Below, one piece after another: positions 1-12,702 of a DNA stretch of 64,000 nucleotides. The notes below the pieces were generated by a model that saw only the letters and a program-made list of their open reading frames with translations, was not told the origin of the DNA and did not search any database. Made by a program: the position numbers and the translations under genes. Source of the stretch: Eledone cirrhosa (taxonomy: Eukaryota); assembly GCA_964016885.1 (NCBI GenBank), contig OZ024744.1:37944001-38008000 (forward strand), in the 5' to 3' direction. Numbering within the stretch: position 1 is the first letter of the stretch; each line of letters starts with the position of its first letter.

Positions 1-3000
1 TGACTTCATGGCAGTTCCAAATCCTTTTCACCTCCCACTTTAGGTCCTGGTATCGGTTAATTTTCTCCCTCTCCTTCTCTTGCACTCTCGTGTCGAACGG
101 GCAGGCCACATCCACAATCAGACACGTTCTTTTTTCTTTGTCCACAACCACCAGGTCAGGTCTATTGTGTTCCAGTTTTTTGTCCGTCTGTATCCTAAAA
201 TCCCACAGCACCTTCACCTGATTGTTCTCCATCACCGCCTCTGGCCTATGCTCATACCATTTCTCAGAATGTGGTAAATTGTTTACTTTGCACAGGTGCC
301 AGTGGATCACCCTGCCCATCACATCGTGTCTCCAGCCCTTATAGTGGGTCTGGGCTAGGTGTTTACACTCGGACACAATGTGAGCCACAGTCTCCTCTCT
401 CTCTCCACAGATCCTGCACAGTGGGCTAGCCTCCTCCTTGTAGATATGGTGCTTCAACCACTTCGTTTTGAGGGCCTGCTCCTGCGCAGCCATTAGCATT
501 CATTCTGTAGCCTTTTTAAGGTCTCCTCTTCTCAACCAGTTCCATGTCTGTGGATCTCTAAATTCAGTTTTCTCAAAGAAGGTACTATGAAGGGATTTTC
601 CCTTAAGGCTGCTCTTCCTCCTTGATGTTATTTCCTTCTTGGACATCCCCTGGCCTACTGTCCCCTCCTTCAGTACAGTTCTGAGCATTGGCTCCTTACT
701 ATAGGTCACGTATTTGTATAGGTTGTTTTTCTCCATCTGAACACAGTCCTCTATGCTAATAAGACCTCTTCCACCCTCAGATCTCCTTAGGTAGAGTCTA
801 TCGACATCACTCCTCTTGTGGAACATGTTGTAGACAGTCAATAGCTTCCTAGTCTTCCTATCCATTTCTTTTTGTTCAGCAACATTCCATCTCAGAATTC
901 CCGCACTGTACCTAATAATAGACACAGCTCGGGAATTTACTGCGCTTATGGCATTTCTGCTGTTCAGATGTGACTTCAATACCCTCCTTACTCTTCGAAT
1001 GTATTCAGTTCTTAACAATTCCTTCATTTTTTTGTTCTTTATGCCATCAGCCTCCAGAACGCCCAAATACTTGTATCCTTCCTCAGAGTCAATTTCCTTT
1101 ATCATCTCACCTGTTGGTATCTGGATCCCGTTACTTCTGCTCAACCTACCCCTCTTCATCACAATGACTCCACATTTACTAATACCAAACTGCATACATA
1201 TATCACTGCTGAAAATACGGACAGTGTCAACAAGCACATCCAACTCCTTCTCACTTTTCCCGAAGAGCTTAAGATCGTGCATGAAGAGGAGGTGATTGAT
1301 GGTAAGCTCTCCCCTTCCCAACTTGTATCCTGCTCTCACTTTTCGCAGCATAATGGTCAAGGGCATCAGGGCAAGGACAAACAACAGAGGGGACAGGCTC
1401 TCTCCCTGGAAGATACCTCTCTTGATCTTCACGCTTCCCAAGGATACTCCGGTTGATGTCAACTCTGTCTCCCAGGACCCCATACTCCTGCCCAGCAACT
1501 GTCTGATGTTATCTGCCACCCTGAAGATCTCCAGGCTTTTGGTGATCCAGGAATGAGGCACCATGTCAAATGCCTTTCTGTAGTCTATCCATCCCATGGC
1601 AAGATCAGTGTGTCTCCTCCTGCAATTCCCCATTACCATCTTATCAATAAGTAACTGGTCCTTTGTACCACGTGACTTCTTTCGGCATCCTTTCTGTTCG
1701 TCCGGTAACAAGTTGTTTGTGTGGAGGTGATGGTAGATTTCCTCAGACACAATGCTCGTCAACAGTTTCCACATTACGGACAGACATGTGATAGGTCTAT
1801 AGTTGGTAACATCATTACCCTTGATTCGGTCTTTCATTATCAGAACTGTGGTACCTTTTGTCAACCACTCTGGCACCTCACCCGACACCAAGCAGTCATT
1901 GAACATGGCCGTCAGCTTCGGGTGTAGGGATGTTAAATGTTTAATCCAATACCCCTGCACACCATCTGGGCCTGGTGATTTCCAGTTGGTTAGTTTTTTG
2001 GCCTGCCCCTTAAGAGTTTCAACTGTGATACTCAAATCAGTTTGTTGTTGTGCCTGCTCACCGATCTCCCTCTCTACTGTCTCAATCCACCCTGCCTGGG
2101 CATTGTGTCTAACATCCTGCTCCCATATTCCTGTCCAGAATGTTTTAGTTTGCTCCGCCCCAGGGATCAAGTCGTTGCCTCTTTCTTTCCCCTCAAGCTG
2201 TCCAAACAGCATCTTCTGGTTGTTGTCGAACATGCGGTTCTGTTTATACTGACTGACTCTGTTCTCGTATCGCCTGATTTTTGCACTCTTTGCTACAATG
2301 CGTTGCTTCAGTTCCTCTATGATAATATTTAGCTTTTTCCTCCTAGTTTTGTATTTTATTTCCAGTCTATTTTTAGTGCCTATGTTTTTTAGTGTCCCAT
2401 TCAGTAGTGACTCAAGCTTTCCTATGTCATTTCTCATTTCCCCGATTTGCCCACTCAGTCGCTTCTTCCACCACGGCTCTGCTCTTTCTTGTCTGTTGTT
2501 TCCTCTCGCTTTTATACCAAGTAGTTTCCTCACCGTATTTGCTGTTGCTTTGAGGATATTGTTGCACTGGTGAAGGCTCCTCGCCTCAAGGTATGGGATG
2601 ACTTTGTTTACCTTAGCTGTTGTTTCTTTTAACTTTTTCCTGTCTACAAATCTTAGGTTCATAGGTCTCCCACTATCATTGTTCAATTCATCTACCACTA
2701 AATTTAGGATGTCAACCGAATCTTGTCCTAGCCCGTCAGCATTCATCTCCTCAGTGGCCGTATCTCTGTTCCAGGTATTATTTATCTCAGTATTCAGATT
2801 ATTGTCTGCTTCGGGGGGTTCCTCCGTTCTCAGGACCTCTTCACCTTCATTTCCCACTGGCTCGCTTGTCTGGCATACTACACCCGCCATCTCCAAGCCA
2901 TTCTCTCTGCTCAGTTCCTCCAGTTCCAGCTCGCTTATCCATCCATTAGTTCTTATTACCCGAGCCTGCCCGGCCAATTTTTGTTCATCTAATTTAAATA

Positions 3001-3399
3001 AACCAATCTTGTTCCAGATGTTATGCATCCGTCTCCTGTAGCCCCTCTCCTTGGGGTTACTTTTCAGGTAACATTGCATAACAGTTCTATTCAATTCTTT
3101 CGTCCAGTTGGTTCTGGCCCCTTTCCTTCTTCTCCTTCCTCCAACATCAGCAGTATTTGGTTGACAGTCAGGTTCCTGCTGCTGAGCCAGGGGGCACCTG
3201 TTGGGTGAGAGTCTGTCACATGACGTTCTAGTCTCCATTTCACCGTTATTCGAACTGTTTATGTTCGATATTTAAACACTCTTATCGAGGATTGGCGAAT
3301 GTATGGTTACATATCCATCTGTGGATCCGCCATTCCACTTGGCCCTTGTGTGGCATTATCACCACGCTGTATACGAACACACATAAACAAACAAACACA

Positions 3400-3400
<1 letters not shown>
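1..3400 (-). mobile_element. R4/Dong-type non-LTR retrotransposon, family A, 5'-complete copy running off the window edge; inactivated
   Basis: ORF 500..3238 has RT motifs ([30 protein letters not shown]). Catalytic FMDD is mutated to FMHD. A GGA>TGA stop at ~500-502 interrupts a frame that continues in bases 1-499 with the CCHC knuckle and RPD..VD endonuclease motif seen in the 4235 and 41171 copies. The 5' end abuts (TTA)n at 3401-3440. Confidence 0.9.
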
Positions 3401-3439
<39 letters not shown>

Positions 3440-3440
3440 T

Positions 3441-3952
3441 GCATTATTTGCATTATCTTGCTTTATGTTTATACGAGTTATCACCAAGTCACAACCAGTG
3501 ACCTCAAGAGACAACAAGGTCCGCCATGTTCAAGAAAGAACATACATATTCACACATGCATCCTTAGTGTTTAGACTTGTGATGTACTTATATTGACAGG
3601 ATCTTCCTTAGTATATGGGCAGTTCCCATTAGTACTATCTTTTGTATTTCTCCTATACGCGGGTTTCCTGGGATTTGCGATAAGTAGTCGTTAGAACCCT
3701 TAGGTATCATTCCCAGAGCGCCTACAACCACTGGTATTGTTTTAGTTCTCAATTTCCACATTTTTCCAATTTCTATCTCCAGGTCCTTATACTTGCTCAA
3801 TTTTTCAAATGTTTTTATAGATACATTCTTGTCTATTGGAACGGACATATCAATTAGCAGGCATACCCTCCTTTGAAAGTCCTTCAATATTATATCAGGT
3901 CTATTTGCATCTATTTTTCTGTCTGTTTGGATGCTAAAGTTCCACAAGATTG
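3441..3952 (-). mobile_element. R4/Dong-type family B, 5'-truncated 3' fragment (endonuclease end plus 3' UTR)
   Basis: ORF 3588..3947 (NRPDIILKD...K..KYKDL...IPVVVGALG) and its 3' UTR are nearly identical to 6487-6995; ends in (TAA)n. Confidence 0.9.
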
Positions 3953-4117
3953 CAGCCTCAGATATTCAGGAGGTATCGGAGGGTTCTTGCTGTTCCCAGC
4001 AAGCATGCCTTTTGAAGTGTTCCAAAAAGCGTGTAGAGCCGATTTTCTTTAACCATCCCTGGAAACTTTTGGAGATAGTCCCAGTGCGCCTATGACAATC
4101 GGGATCACTTTGACTTC

Positions 4118-4118
<1 letters not shown>
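3953..4118 (-). mobile_element. Short family A fragment (last ~50 codons) fused to the family B fragment
   Basis: Matches 4230-4398; bounded on the right by (TTA)n at 4119-4160. Confidence 0.8.
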
Positions 4119-4148
<30 letters not shown>

Positions 4149-4160
4149 GTTGTTGTTATT

Positions 4161-6470
4161 CCTTGAATCTCAGTCATTGATGTTGATTAACTGGAAAGTC
4201 CGTTGGAATGAATATCAAGCCACTACCTGCAGCCTCAGATATTCAGGACGTATCGGAGGGTTCTTGCTGTTCCAAGCAAGCATGCCTTTTGAAGCGCTCC
4301 AAAAAGCGTGAAGGGGCCGATTTTCTTTAACCATCCCTGGAAACTTTTGGAGATAGTCCCCAGTGCGCCTATGACAATCGGGTTCACTTTGACTTCATGG
4401 CAGTTCCAAATCCTTTTCACCTCCCACTTTAGGTCCTGGTATCGGTTAATTTTCTCCCTCTCCTTCTCTTGCACTCTCGTGTCGAAAGGGCAGGCCACAT
4501 CCACAATCAGACACGATCCTTTTTCTTTGTCCACAACCACCAGGTCAGGTCTATTGTGTTCCAGTTTCTTGTCCGTCTGTATCCTAAAATCCCACAGCAC
4601 CTTCACCTGATTGTTCTCCATCACCGCCTCTGGCCTATGCTCATACCATTTCTCAGAATGTGGTAAATTGTTTACTTTGCATAGGTGCCAGTGGATCACC
4701 CTGCCCATCACATCATGTCTCCACCCCTTATAGTGAGTCTGGGCTAAGTGTTTACACTCGGATACAATGTGAGCCACAGTCTCCTCTCTCTCTCCACAGA
4801 TCCTGCACAGTGGGCTAGCCTCCTCCTTGTAAATGTGGTGTTTCAACCACTTCGTTTTGAGGGCCTGCTCCTGCGCAGCCATTAACATTCCTTCTGTAGC
4901 CTTTTTAAGGTCTCCTCTTTTCAACCAGTTCCATGTCTGTGGATCTCTAAATTCATTTTTCTCAAAGAAGGTACTATGAAGGGATTTTTCCTGAAGGCTG
5001 CTCTTTCTCCTTGATGTTATTTCCTCCTTGGACATCCCCTGGCCTATTGTCCCCTCCTTCAGTACAGTTCTGAGCATTGGCTCCTTACAATCAGTCACGT
5101 ATTTGTGTAGGTTGTTTTTCTCCATCTGAACACAGTCCTCTATGCTGATAAGACCTCTTCCACCCTCAGATCTCTTTAAGTAGAGTCTATCGACATCACT
5201 CCTCTTGTGGAACATGTTGTAGATAATCAATAGCTTCCTAGTCTTCCTATCCATTTCTTTTTGTTCAGCAACATTCCATCTCAGAATTCCCGCACTGTAC
5301 CTAATAATAGACACAGCTCGGGAATTTACTGCACTTATGGCATTCCTACTGTTCAGATGAGACATTAATACGCTCCTTACTCTCCGAAGGTATTCAGTTC
5401 TTATCAATTCCTTCATCTTTTGTTCTTGATGTCATCAGCCTCCAGAACGCCCAAATACTTGTATCCTTCCTCAGAGTCAATTTCTTTTATCATCTCACCT
5501 GTTGGTATCTGGATTCTGTTACTTCTGCTCAACTTACCCCTCCTCATCACAATGACTCCACACTTACTAATACCAAATTGCTTACATATATCATTGCTGA
5601 AAATACGGACGGTGTCAACAAGCACATCCAACTCCTTCTTACTCTTCCCGAAGAGCTTAAGATCGTCCATGAAGAGGAGGTGATTGATGGTAAGCCCTCC
5701 CTTTCCCAACCTGTATCCTGCTCTCACTTTTCTCAGTACACTGGTCAGGGGCATCAGGGCAAGGACAAACAACAGAGGGGACAGACTATCTCCCTGGAAG
5801 ATACCTCTCTTGATCTTCACGCTTCCCAAGGATTCTCCAGTTGATGTTAACTCTGTTTCCCAGGACTTCATACTTTTGCCCAACAACTGTCTGATGTTAT
5901 CTGCCACTTTGAAGATCTCCAGGCTTTTGGTGATCCAGTGATCCAAGAATGAGGCACCATGTCAAATGCCTTTTTGTAGTCTATCCATCCCATGGCATGA
6001 CCAGTGTGTCTCCTCTTGCAATTCCTCATTACCATCTTATCAATGAGTAACTGGTCCTTTGTACCACGATACTTCTTTCGGCATCCTTTCTGTTCGTCCG
6101 GTAACAAGTTGTTTGTGTGGAGGTGATGGTAGATTTCCTCAGACACAATGCTCGTCAACAGTTTCCACATTACGGACAGACATGTGATAGGTCTATAGTT
6201 GGTAACATCATTACCCTTGATTCGGTCTTTCATTATCAGAACTGTGGTACCTTTTTTCAACCACTCTGGTACCTCACCTGACATCAAGCAGTTATTGAAC
6301 ATGGCCGTCAGCTTCGGGTGGAGGGATGTTATGTTTTTAATCCAATACCCCTGCACACCATCTGGGCCAGGTGATTTCCAGTTGGTTAGTTTTTTGGCCT
6401 GCCCCTTAAGAGTTTCATCTGTGATACTCAAATCAGTTTGTTGGTGTGCCTGTTCACTAATCTCCTTCTG
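4161..6470 (-). pseudogene. R4/Dong-type family A, 5'-truncated, frameshifted copy
   Basis: Overlapping ORFs 5868..6431, 5413..5946 and 4235..5416 together give RT (FMDD), CRIC..H..SEC knuckle, RHD and RPDLVVVD endonuclease motifs. An 8-bp duplication (gtgatcca, ~5930-5946) and a 1-bp loss near 5420 cause the frameshifts. (TTA)n lies on both sides. Confidence 0.92.
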
Positions 6471-6486
6471 TTTTATTATTATTATT

Positions 6487-9400
6487 GCAGTTGCATTTAT
6501 CTTGCTTTATGTTCATACGAGTTATCACCAAGTCACAACCAGTGACCTCAAGAGACAACAAGATCCGCCATGTTCAAGAAAGAACATACATACTCACACA
6601 TGCATCTTTAGGGTTTAGACTTGTGATGTACTTATATTGACAGAATCTTCCTTAGTATATGGGCAGTTCCCATTAGTACTATCTTTTGTATTTCTCCTAT
6701 ACGCGGGTTTCCTGGGATTTGCGATAAGTAATCATTAGACCCCTTAGGTATCATTCCCAGAGCGCCTACAACCACTGGTATTGTTTTAGTTCTCAATTTC
6801 CACATTTTTCCAATTTCTATCTCCAGGTCCTTATACGTGCTCAATTTTTCAAATGTTTTTATAGATACATTCTTGTCTATTGGCACGGACATATCAATTA
6901 GCAGGCATACCCTCTTTTTAAAGTCCTTCAATATTATACCAGGTCTATTTGCATCTATTTTTCGGTCTGTTTGGATGCTAAAGTTCCGCAAGATTGAGAT
7001 TTGATCTTTTTCAAGTATGGGAGGTGGTTGATGTTCCCACCAATTCTTTTCATGGGGCAGGTCAAAATGCTTACACATTATCCAATGTATGTATTGTGCA
7101 GCTCTGTCATGCCTGTTTAGGTATTCGGTTGGAGCTATAGGACTGCACATTGAAATTATATGGTCAATGGTCTCTGGTTGTTTTTTGCATACACGGCATA
7201 ATGGGTTGCATCCATTTTTTATTATGTTGGCTTGGTAATTTTTTGTTGGCTGACACTGATCTTGTGCTGATATAATCAGTCCTTCAGTCTCCGATTTCAG
7301 TCCAGAGGTTGCCAACCACTGATGGGTTAAATTTTTTTCAACATCAGGATTGTTAGCTCGCTCTGGGTATTTTCCATACAGAGGCTTTTCTTCCCATTTC
7401 TTAGCCAGTTTCTGTAGCAGTTCTTTCTTTGCAGTTACTTTTACCTGCTTTGCTTTTTCTGTGTTTTCCATTTCAGCAGTAAATGGGACTTCTGAAATGT
7501 GTAGTCCATTACTGTATCTTTGTGCATCTTTTGTAATGGAATATGATCTTTTGATGCTTTCGTGTTTCAAAACGAGTTTGATCATCCAATCATGTGATTC
7601 CCTTAGATATGTAGATAATCCAATTGTTGCAGTTTTCAACGCAATCTCTAACTGGATTAACCCACGTCCTCCTTCTTTCCTAGGGAGATATATTCTATCT
7701 ATATCTGCCTTAGGGTGATGCATTCTGTGCATGGTTAAGAATTTTCGAATTTTTGTATCGAGCTTACGGATCTCTGTGCTTGACCAGTTGATGACATTGT
7801 AACAGTAGGTTACTACTGGTATGGCAAGCGTGTTTATGGCATCGATCCTATTCCTTGCATTCAATTCCGTTCTTAAGATTGCTCTTACTCTGCGGTAACA
7901 TTCCTTCCTTATCCTTTCCCTCATTGTCGAGTGCTTGATTCCGTCTCCTTCACAAACACCTAGATATTTGTAAGTTTCCTCTTGATCAAGTTCTCTTATC
8001 ACATTCCCCCGATCAAGATTAATGTCTGAACTTTTCAGCAGCTTTCCTCTGGTGAACGTTGCTTTGGCGCATTTATCTAGTCCAAACTCCATTTTAATGT
8101 CATCACTGAACTGCTCCACAGTGGATAATAGCCCTTGCAATTGTTCATCATTTTTTGCAAATAGTTTCAGGTCATCCATGTAGAACAAGTGATTAATGGT
8201 TTTGTCATAGACTTTATATACATGTTTTGTTTCATTGAGCTTTTTACTTAATGGTATAAGTGCGATGCAGAATAAAAGCGGTGATAAAGAGTCACCCTGA
8301 AAAATTCCACAATTAATATTAACTTCTCCAGCTTCCAGTGATTTTGTTTCACTATTCAAAAGGAGTGTCGTTTTCCATGTCTTCATACTGAATGACAAAA
8401 ACCTCCTGACAACGGGGGATATTTTGAAAATCTCTAAACATTTTTCAATCCAACTGTGTGGCAAACTATCGAATGCTTTTTTATAATCTATCCAAGCAAT
8501 CGATAGATTTTTGTGTCTATTATGACAATCTTCCAGTATCATTTTGTTAACCAAAAGCTGCTCCTTACAGCCATATGAGCCTCGTTTACACCCTTTCTGC
8601 TCAATGGGAAATAGGTCATTTGTTATCAGGTGGTCATATGTGTATTCAGTTAGGACTGATGTTAAAATTTTATACATTGTGGTCAAGCAAGTTATCGGTC
8701 TGTAATTTTTGGGATTGTTTGTCTCATCATTCTTCGGAATCAGGAATGTAATGCCGTTAACTAGCCATGATGGTATCTTTTCTGGCTCCTTAACTATTTC
8801 ATTGTAAAGTTGGGCTAACAGCTCATGAGACTCTGTGAAGGCATTTATCCAAAAGTTTTGTATTTTGTCTTTTCCTGGGGATTTCCATTTGCTGGTTTTT
8901 CTTAGAGCCAAGCGCAACTGTTCAACTGTTATATTTTCCCATATGTGTTCCTCAAGGTGAGCTGTATCTTTCATTTGTCTGTCTATCCATGCGGCATGTA
9001 TGTTATGAACTTTTTCTTCGGCCCAGATCTTTTCCCAGAATTCTTGCACTTCCTCCTTGGGTGGTATTGATTTAGCAGTTATTGTTGACTTACCAATTTT
9101 TCTGTAGATGCTTCTTAGGTTGTTTTTGAACATATTGACCTTATAGAATCTAGATCGTTTTTCAAAGCGCCTTATACGAGCAGCTTTGGCCGACACTTTT
9201 TGCTTGATTATTTCTATCAGCATGTCTATGTCGCTTGTTGATTTTATACTATACTTTCTTTTCAATTTTCTAAGTTTAGTTTTTTTAACATGTTCACCTA
9301 CTTTATAGTTTGTTAAAATTTCTATGTCAGATCGGAGAAGGTTTATTTGGCGATTGATGTTCTCTTGCCAAGTAGATTTCTTGTGGGAATTCCTTTGTTT

Positions 9401-10445
9401 TTTTATCTTCACTCCACATAAGTGAGTGGTGACTTTAGCCGATGCATAATAGAGATGATTTAAATCAGTAATGTGTAGTTTGTTTGTGATGATAATGTTT
9501 TTGAGAATTATGTTAGTCTTGTGTATTATCTTTTGGTTCTGTTTGGAGTTCTGGATCTTAGGGAGGGTGTCTCGTTGCCCCATGTCAGATTCTTTCATTT
9601 TCATCCATTCGATCATAATTTCATCCTTCAAGTTGGCAAGTTCATTCTCATTCATTTCTTTATCATTTACGATCTCATTATTTTCATTTGGAGTTTCATC
9701 CTGAGCATGCACTCCCTCCACTTTTTCGATCCTTTCTTTAATTTGTTCTGTTGCCAGTGATTCCGCCCCAACGCTGGGATTCGAAGTGTTACAGTTTACC
9801 TCGTTTTCACTGACACATGTTTCATTTTCCCTTCGCTGACTTTGTGCTAATAGCTTGATCTGATCAATTTCTATATCAGTTAGTAACTTTTTTCTTACAA
9901 TATTTCTTCGTATATTGGCTAGTTTGTTACTGTCAATATAGCCTCTGTTTTCGGGATGTTTCTTTTTCCAGTTGATATATGTCTGTTCTGTATTCGATGT
10001 ATTTGATGGGTAGTACATGGCAGTGTAGAAAGCCTCAAGGACTTCTTTATTATCTTCCCTTGACCATTTTTCTCTCTTTTTCTTTGGATTTCTTGGTGGT
10101 GAGCATGGAGGGCCAACAGTAGGAGTATTCCGGTTATGGGAGGTCTCCAGCTCCGAAGTGATGGGAAGGTTTGAACCATTAGCTGATTTTTCGACCCCAG
10201 TCTGGTTCCTCTCTGAAGGACGCGGCCCTTATTTACCCGAGTGACGGCCGATCCGGTATGAGATTTTATCATTAGACATTTACTTTATTTTGTCGCGTTT
10301 TATCCTTATCCGCCAAGGGGTAATCATTTCGTGTTACCACTTCTAGAACGAGTGTCAAACAAGACTAGAGGGGTCGTTCTCCCCTAGAGACACGGCTATT
10401 CCCCGCCGGCCGCCATCCCGGTATTTCTTGGTCACGGGGTTTTCT
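6487..10445 (-). mobile_element. R4/Dong-type non-LTR retrotransposon, family B, full length
   Basis: 3' UTR 6487-6631 ends in (TAA)n, followed leftward-to-rightward by one long ORF and a GC-rich ~160-nt 5' UTR (10280-10440). Confidence 0.92.
6632..10279 (-). CDS. Family B RT/restriction-like endonuclease polyprotein; the 1128-aa ORF extends in frame to an ATG at 10279 through one premature TAA
   Basis: Motifs KSPGKD, NYRPITCL, WIDYKKAFD, GIFQGDSLSP, FYMDD, CRVC..H..SMC, RHD. The upstream frame reads MSNDKISYRIGRHSGK*GPRP...KWSREDNKEVLEAFYTA-MYYP with a stop at 10229-10231. The endonuclease PD motif is mutated (NRPG here, NRPD in the 3588 fragment). Confidence 0.88.
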
Positions 10446-10519
10446 TTTTGTTGTTTTTTTTAAATTGTTATTATCATGAGTGGTTCCTTAATGTGAGCAT
10501 TGCGTGGCTTAAGAATGAA

Positions 10520-10577
10520 ATTATTAATAATTGTCTCCACTCCAGGCACAAGGCCAGCAATTACCCAGTGCATTACA
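10520..10577 (-). mobile_element. SINE 3' end fragment
   Basis: ggcacaaggccagcaattacccagtgcattac is the reverse complement of the SINE tail at 50573-50620. Confidence 0.7.
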
Positions 10578-10794
10578 ATAATATAATATACTTTTTGCTG
10601 AAGTTGCCTGTTATTGTTGTCGGCTATGTCGGTGGTGGTGCTGGGGCTTTTTAGTGTACACAGGTGATGGGGTGGGTGGTGTATCTAGTTTCTGGTGTTG
10701 GTGAGTTTGGCTGTTCTATATAGTGTAGACAGAGGAGAGGAGGGGGGGGGGGGGGTTCTTCTTCCATTTATAGCCATTTTCTTTTTTGAATATT

Positions 10795-10988
10795 GTTGCA
10801 TCCATTTTTTATTATGTTGGCTTGGTAATATTTTGTTGGCAGCCACTGATCTTGTGCTGATATAATCAGTCCTTCAGTCTCCGATTTCAGCCCAGAGGAG
10901 GCCAACCACTGATGGGTTAAAGTTGGGTCAACATCAGGATTGTTAGCTCGTTCTGGGTATTTTCCATACAGAGGCTTTTCTTGCCATT
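10795..10988 (-). mobile_element. Internal fragment of R4/Dong family B
   Basis: Matches 7205-7398; bounded on the right by (TTA)n at 10988-11024. Confidence 0.85.
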
Positions 10989-10992
10989 TATT

Positions 10993-11023
<31 letters not shown>

Positions 11024-11026
11024 TTC

Positions 11027-11330
11027 TTTGCCCGTTTATTCGCGAGAGGGTCGTGATGGCAGAGTCTTCAAACATCCTCCCAGCGGGCCCTCTGAGAAGC
11101 AGCCGTCTCTGACTGATCCGGATGGATCCACAAACGAAAATAGCCAAGCTCGTGGATTTCATCCAGCCATCTTGCTCGAGGTCTATCCCTGGGTCTCTTA
11201 CCTGTCAGTTTTGCCCGTAAAATCTGTCCAGCGATTCTTTCCTGTGACATATGCCCATAGTATCGGAGCTGTGATCTCTCAATTCAGAGAAGTAGCGGCT
11301 CTACTTTGTTTTCCCAGTTTTACTCTATAG
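11027..11330 (-). mobile_element. RTE-like LINE 3' end fragment
   Basis: ORF 11068..11250 (MSQERIAGQIL...GKRPRDRPRARWLDEI) resembles the R-M...R...GKRPRGRP..RW C-terminal motif of RTE-clade LINEs; followed by a (TAA)n tail. Confidence 0.65.
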
Positions 11331-12019
11331 AGTAACGTTATTCCCAAGACACCCTTTTAAAAAACTATTTATATTTATATATTCAACCAATACTTAAATG
11401 TATAAATTTAAATATAAATATAAATATGAAAAACATACATTAAGGATACACATATCTACGTAATCCTAAGCCATTACCTGCACGTTCATTTCAAAAGCAG
11501 GTTATTCCATTGATAAAACAACTGACATACTCGTCATCGGAACACAATCTTTGGTGTACACAAAAATATACAAATTCTGGATTTAATAGTTAATACCGAG
11601 ATTAGCAGCTTAAAATAGAACAATGCTATATTTCTGTACATATCTAAGTATAGGGCTTCAATAGACATGCATAATATAAAGTGGTAAAGTTATGCATAAT
11701 TTAGTCATGCAGTGTATTAATGGCTCTATATATATATCCTTGTCTTTTGAGCCCTGTGGTAATCTTTGTAAGAAAGTACACTGTTTTTTGTTCGGGAGAT
11801 TAGTCACACACACACACACACTGCACACACACGGTCTTTCTCTCTCATACACACACTTACTTACTCCCCAGCCCCATCCATACCCCCATGTATATATATA
11901 TATATGTGTGTGTGTGTGCGTGTATGTGTGTTCATACGTATAAACACACACACATGCATATAGATATATATGTAATATACATACATATATATATATTGTT
12001 ATACTTGGGTAGGGTCATT

Positions 12020-12340
12020 AAATTCTATAATATATATTTCAAGGGTACCAAAACTTTGGTATGCACTCATCAGATAACATACAAAATTTGTTTTATAAAT
12101 AGTGACATACCCAGGAATCAGACCTTAGCGCTTCAGGTTCCGTTTGTATTTTATCTGATGAGAGCGCCCCAAAGTTTTGGTACCCTTGAAATATATATAA
12201 TAGAATAAATATGGTTTTATAAATATAGTTTCCATTTATTAATATCATTGATATTATACTCCAGAAAAATAGTCGAGTGCTTCGAATCTGTTATAAATAT
12301 ATTTGTTGAATTACCAACAAATTAAATATCTGTTTGCCAA
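12020..12340. mobile_element. Non-autonomous Penelope-like pseudo-LTR inverted pair (family H1) with hammerhead motifs
   Basis: 12023-12118 is an inverted partial copy of the plus-strand unit starting at ~12140. Related to the pLTR at 61200-61400. Confidence 0.7.
12147..12207 (+). ncRNA. Type I hammerhead ribozyme (H1)
   Basis: tattttat-CTGATGA-gagcgccccaaagttttggtaccctt-GAAA-tatata-TA-atagaata: stem I pairs, stem II is imperfect, loop III is palindromic. Confidence 0.75.
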
Positions 12341-12626
12341 AACTGGAATTGAAACATCAGCACAGTTGAGGTATGTCAGACATCAATTTATTTTATCTGA
12401 TGAGGACGTACTGATGAAACAGCTCAGTACTTCTGAAATATAAACGACTTAAAGAAATAATAAAATATATTTGATCACATGAATGTCTATATTTATTAAT
12501 ATTTTGAAATAATATATATATATATATTAATATAGAAGAGTTTCTACAGGACTAGAACTGTTTCATACTCTGCTATGTATTGAGTTCCTTACTTACTGTG
12601 GTTACCTCCGATTTAACCCGGAATAA

Positions 12627-12698
<72 letters not shown>

Positions 12699-12702
<4 letters not shown>

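Noticed and set aside
948-3208. Plus-strand ORFs overlapping the Dong elements (also at 4.3-6.6, 7.3-9.8 and 40-42.6 kb)
   Set aside because: Antisense shadows of retrotransposon coding sequence.
9919-10272. 117-aa ORF as a separate ORF1 of Dong family B
   Set aside because: It is an alternative frame; the main frame itself extends to the ATG at 10279 with one stop.
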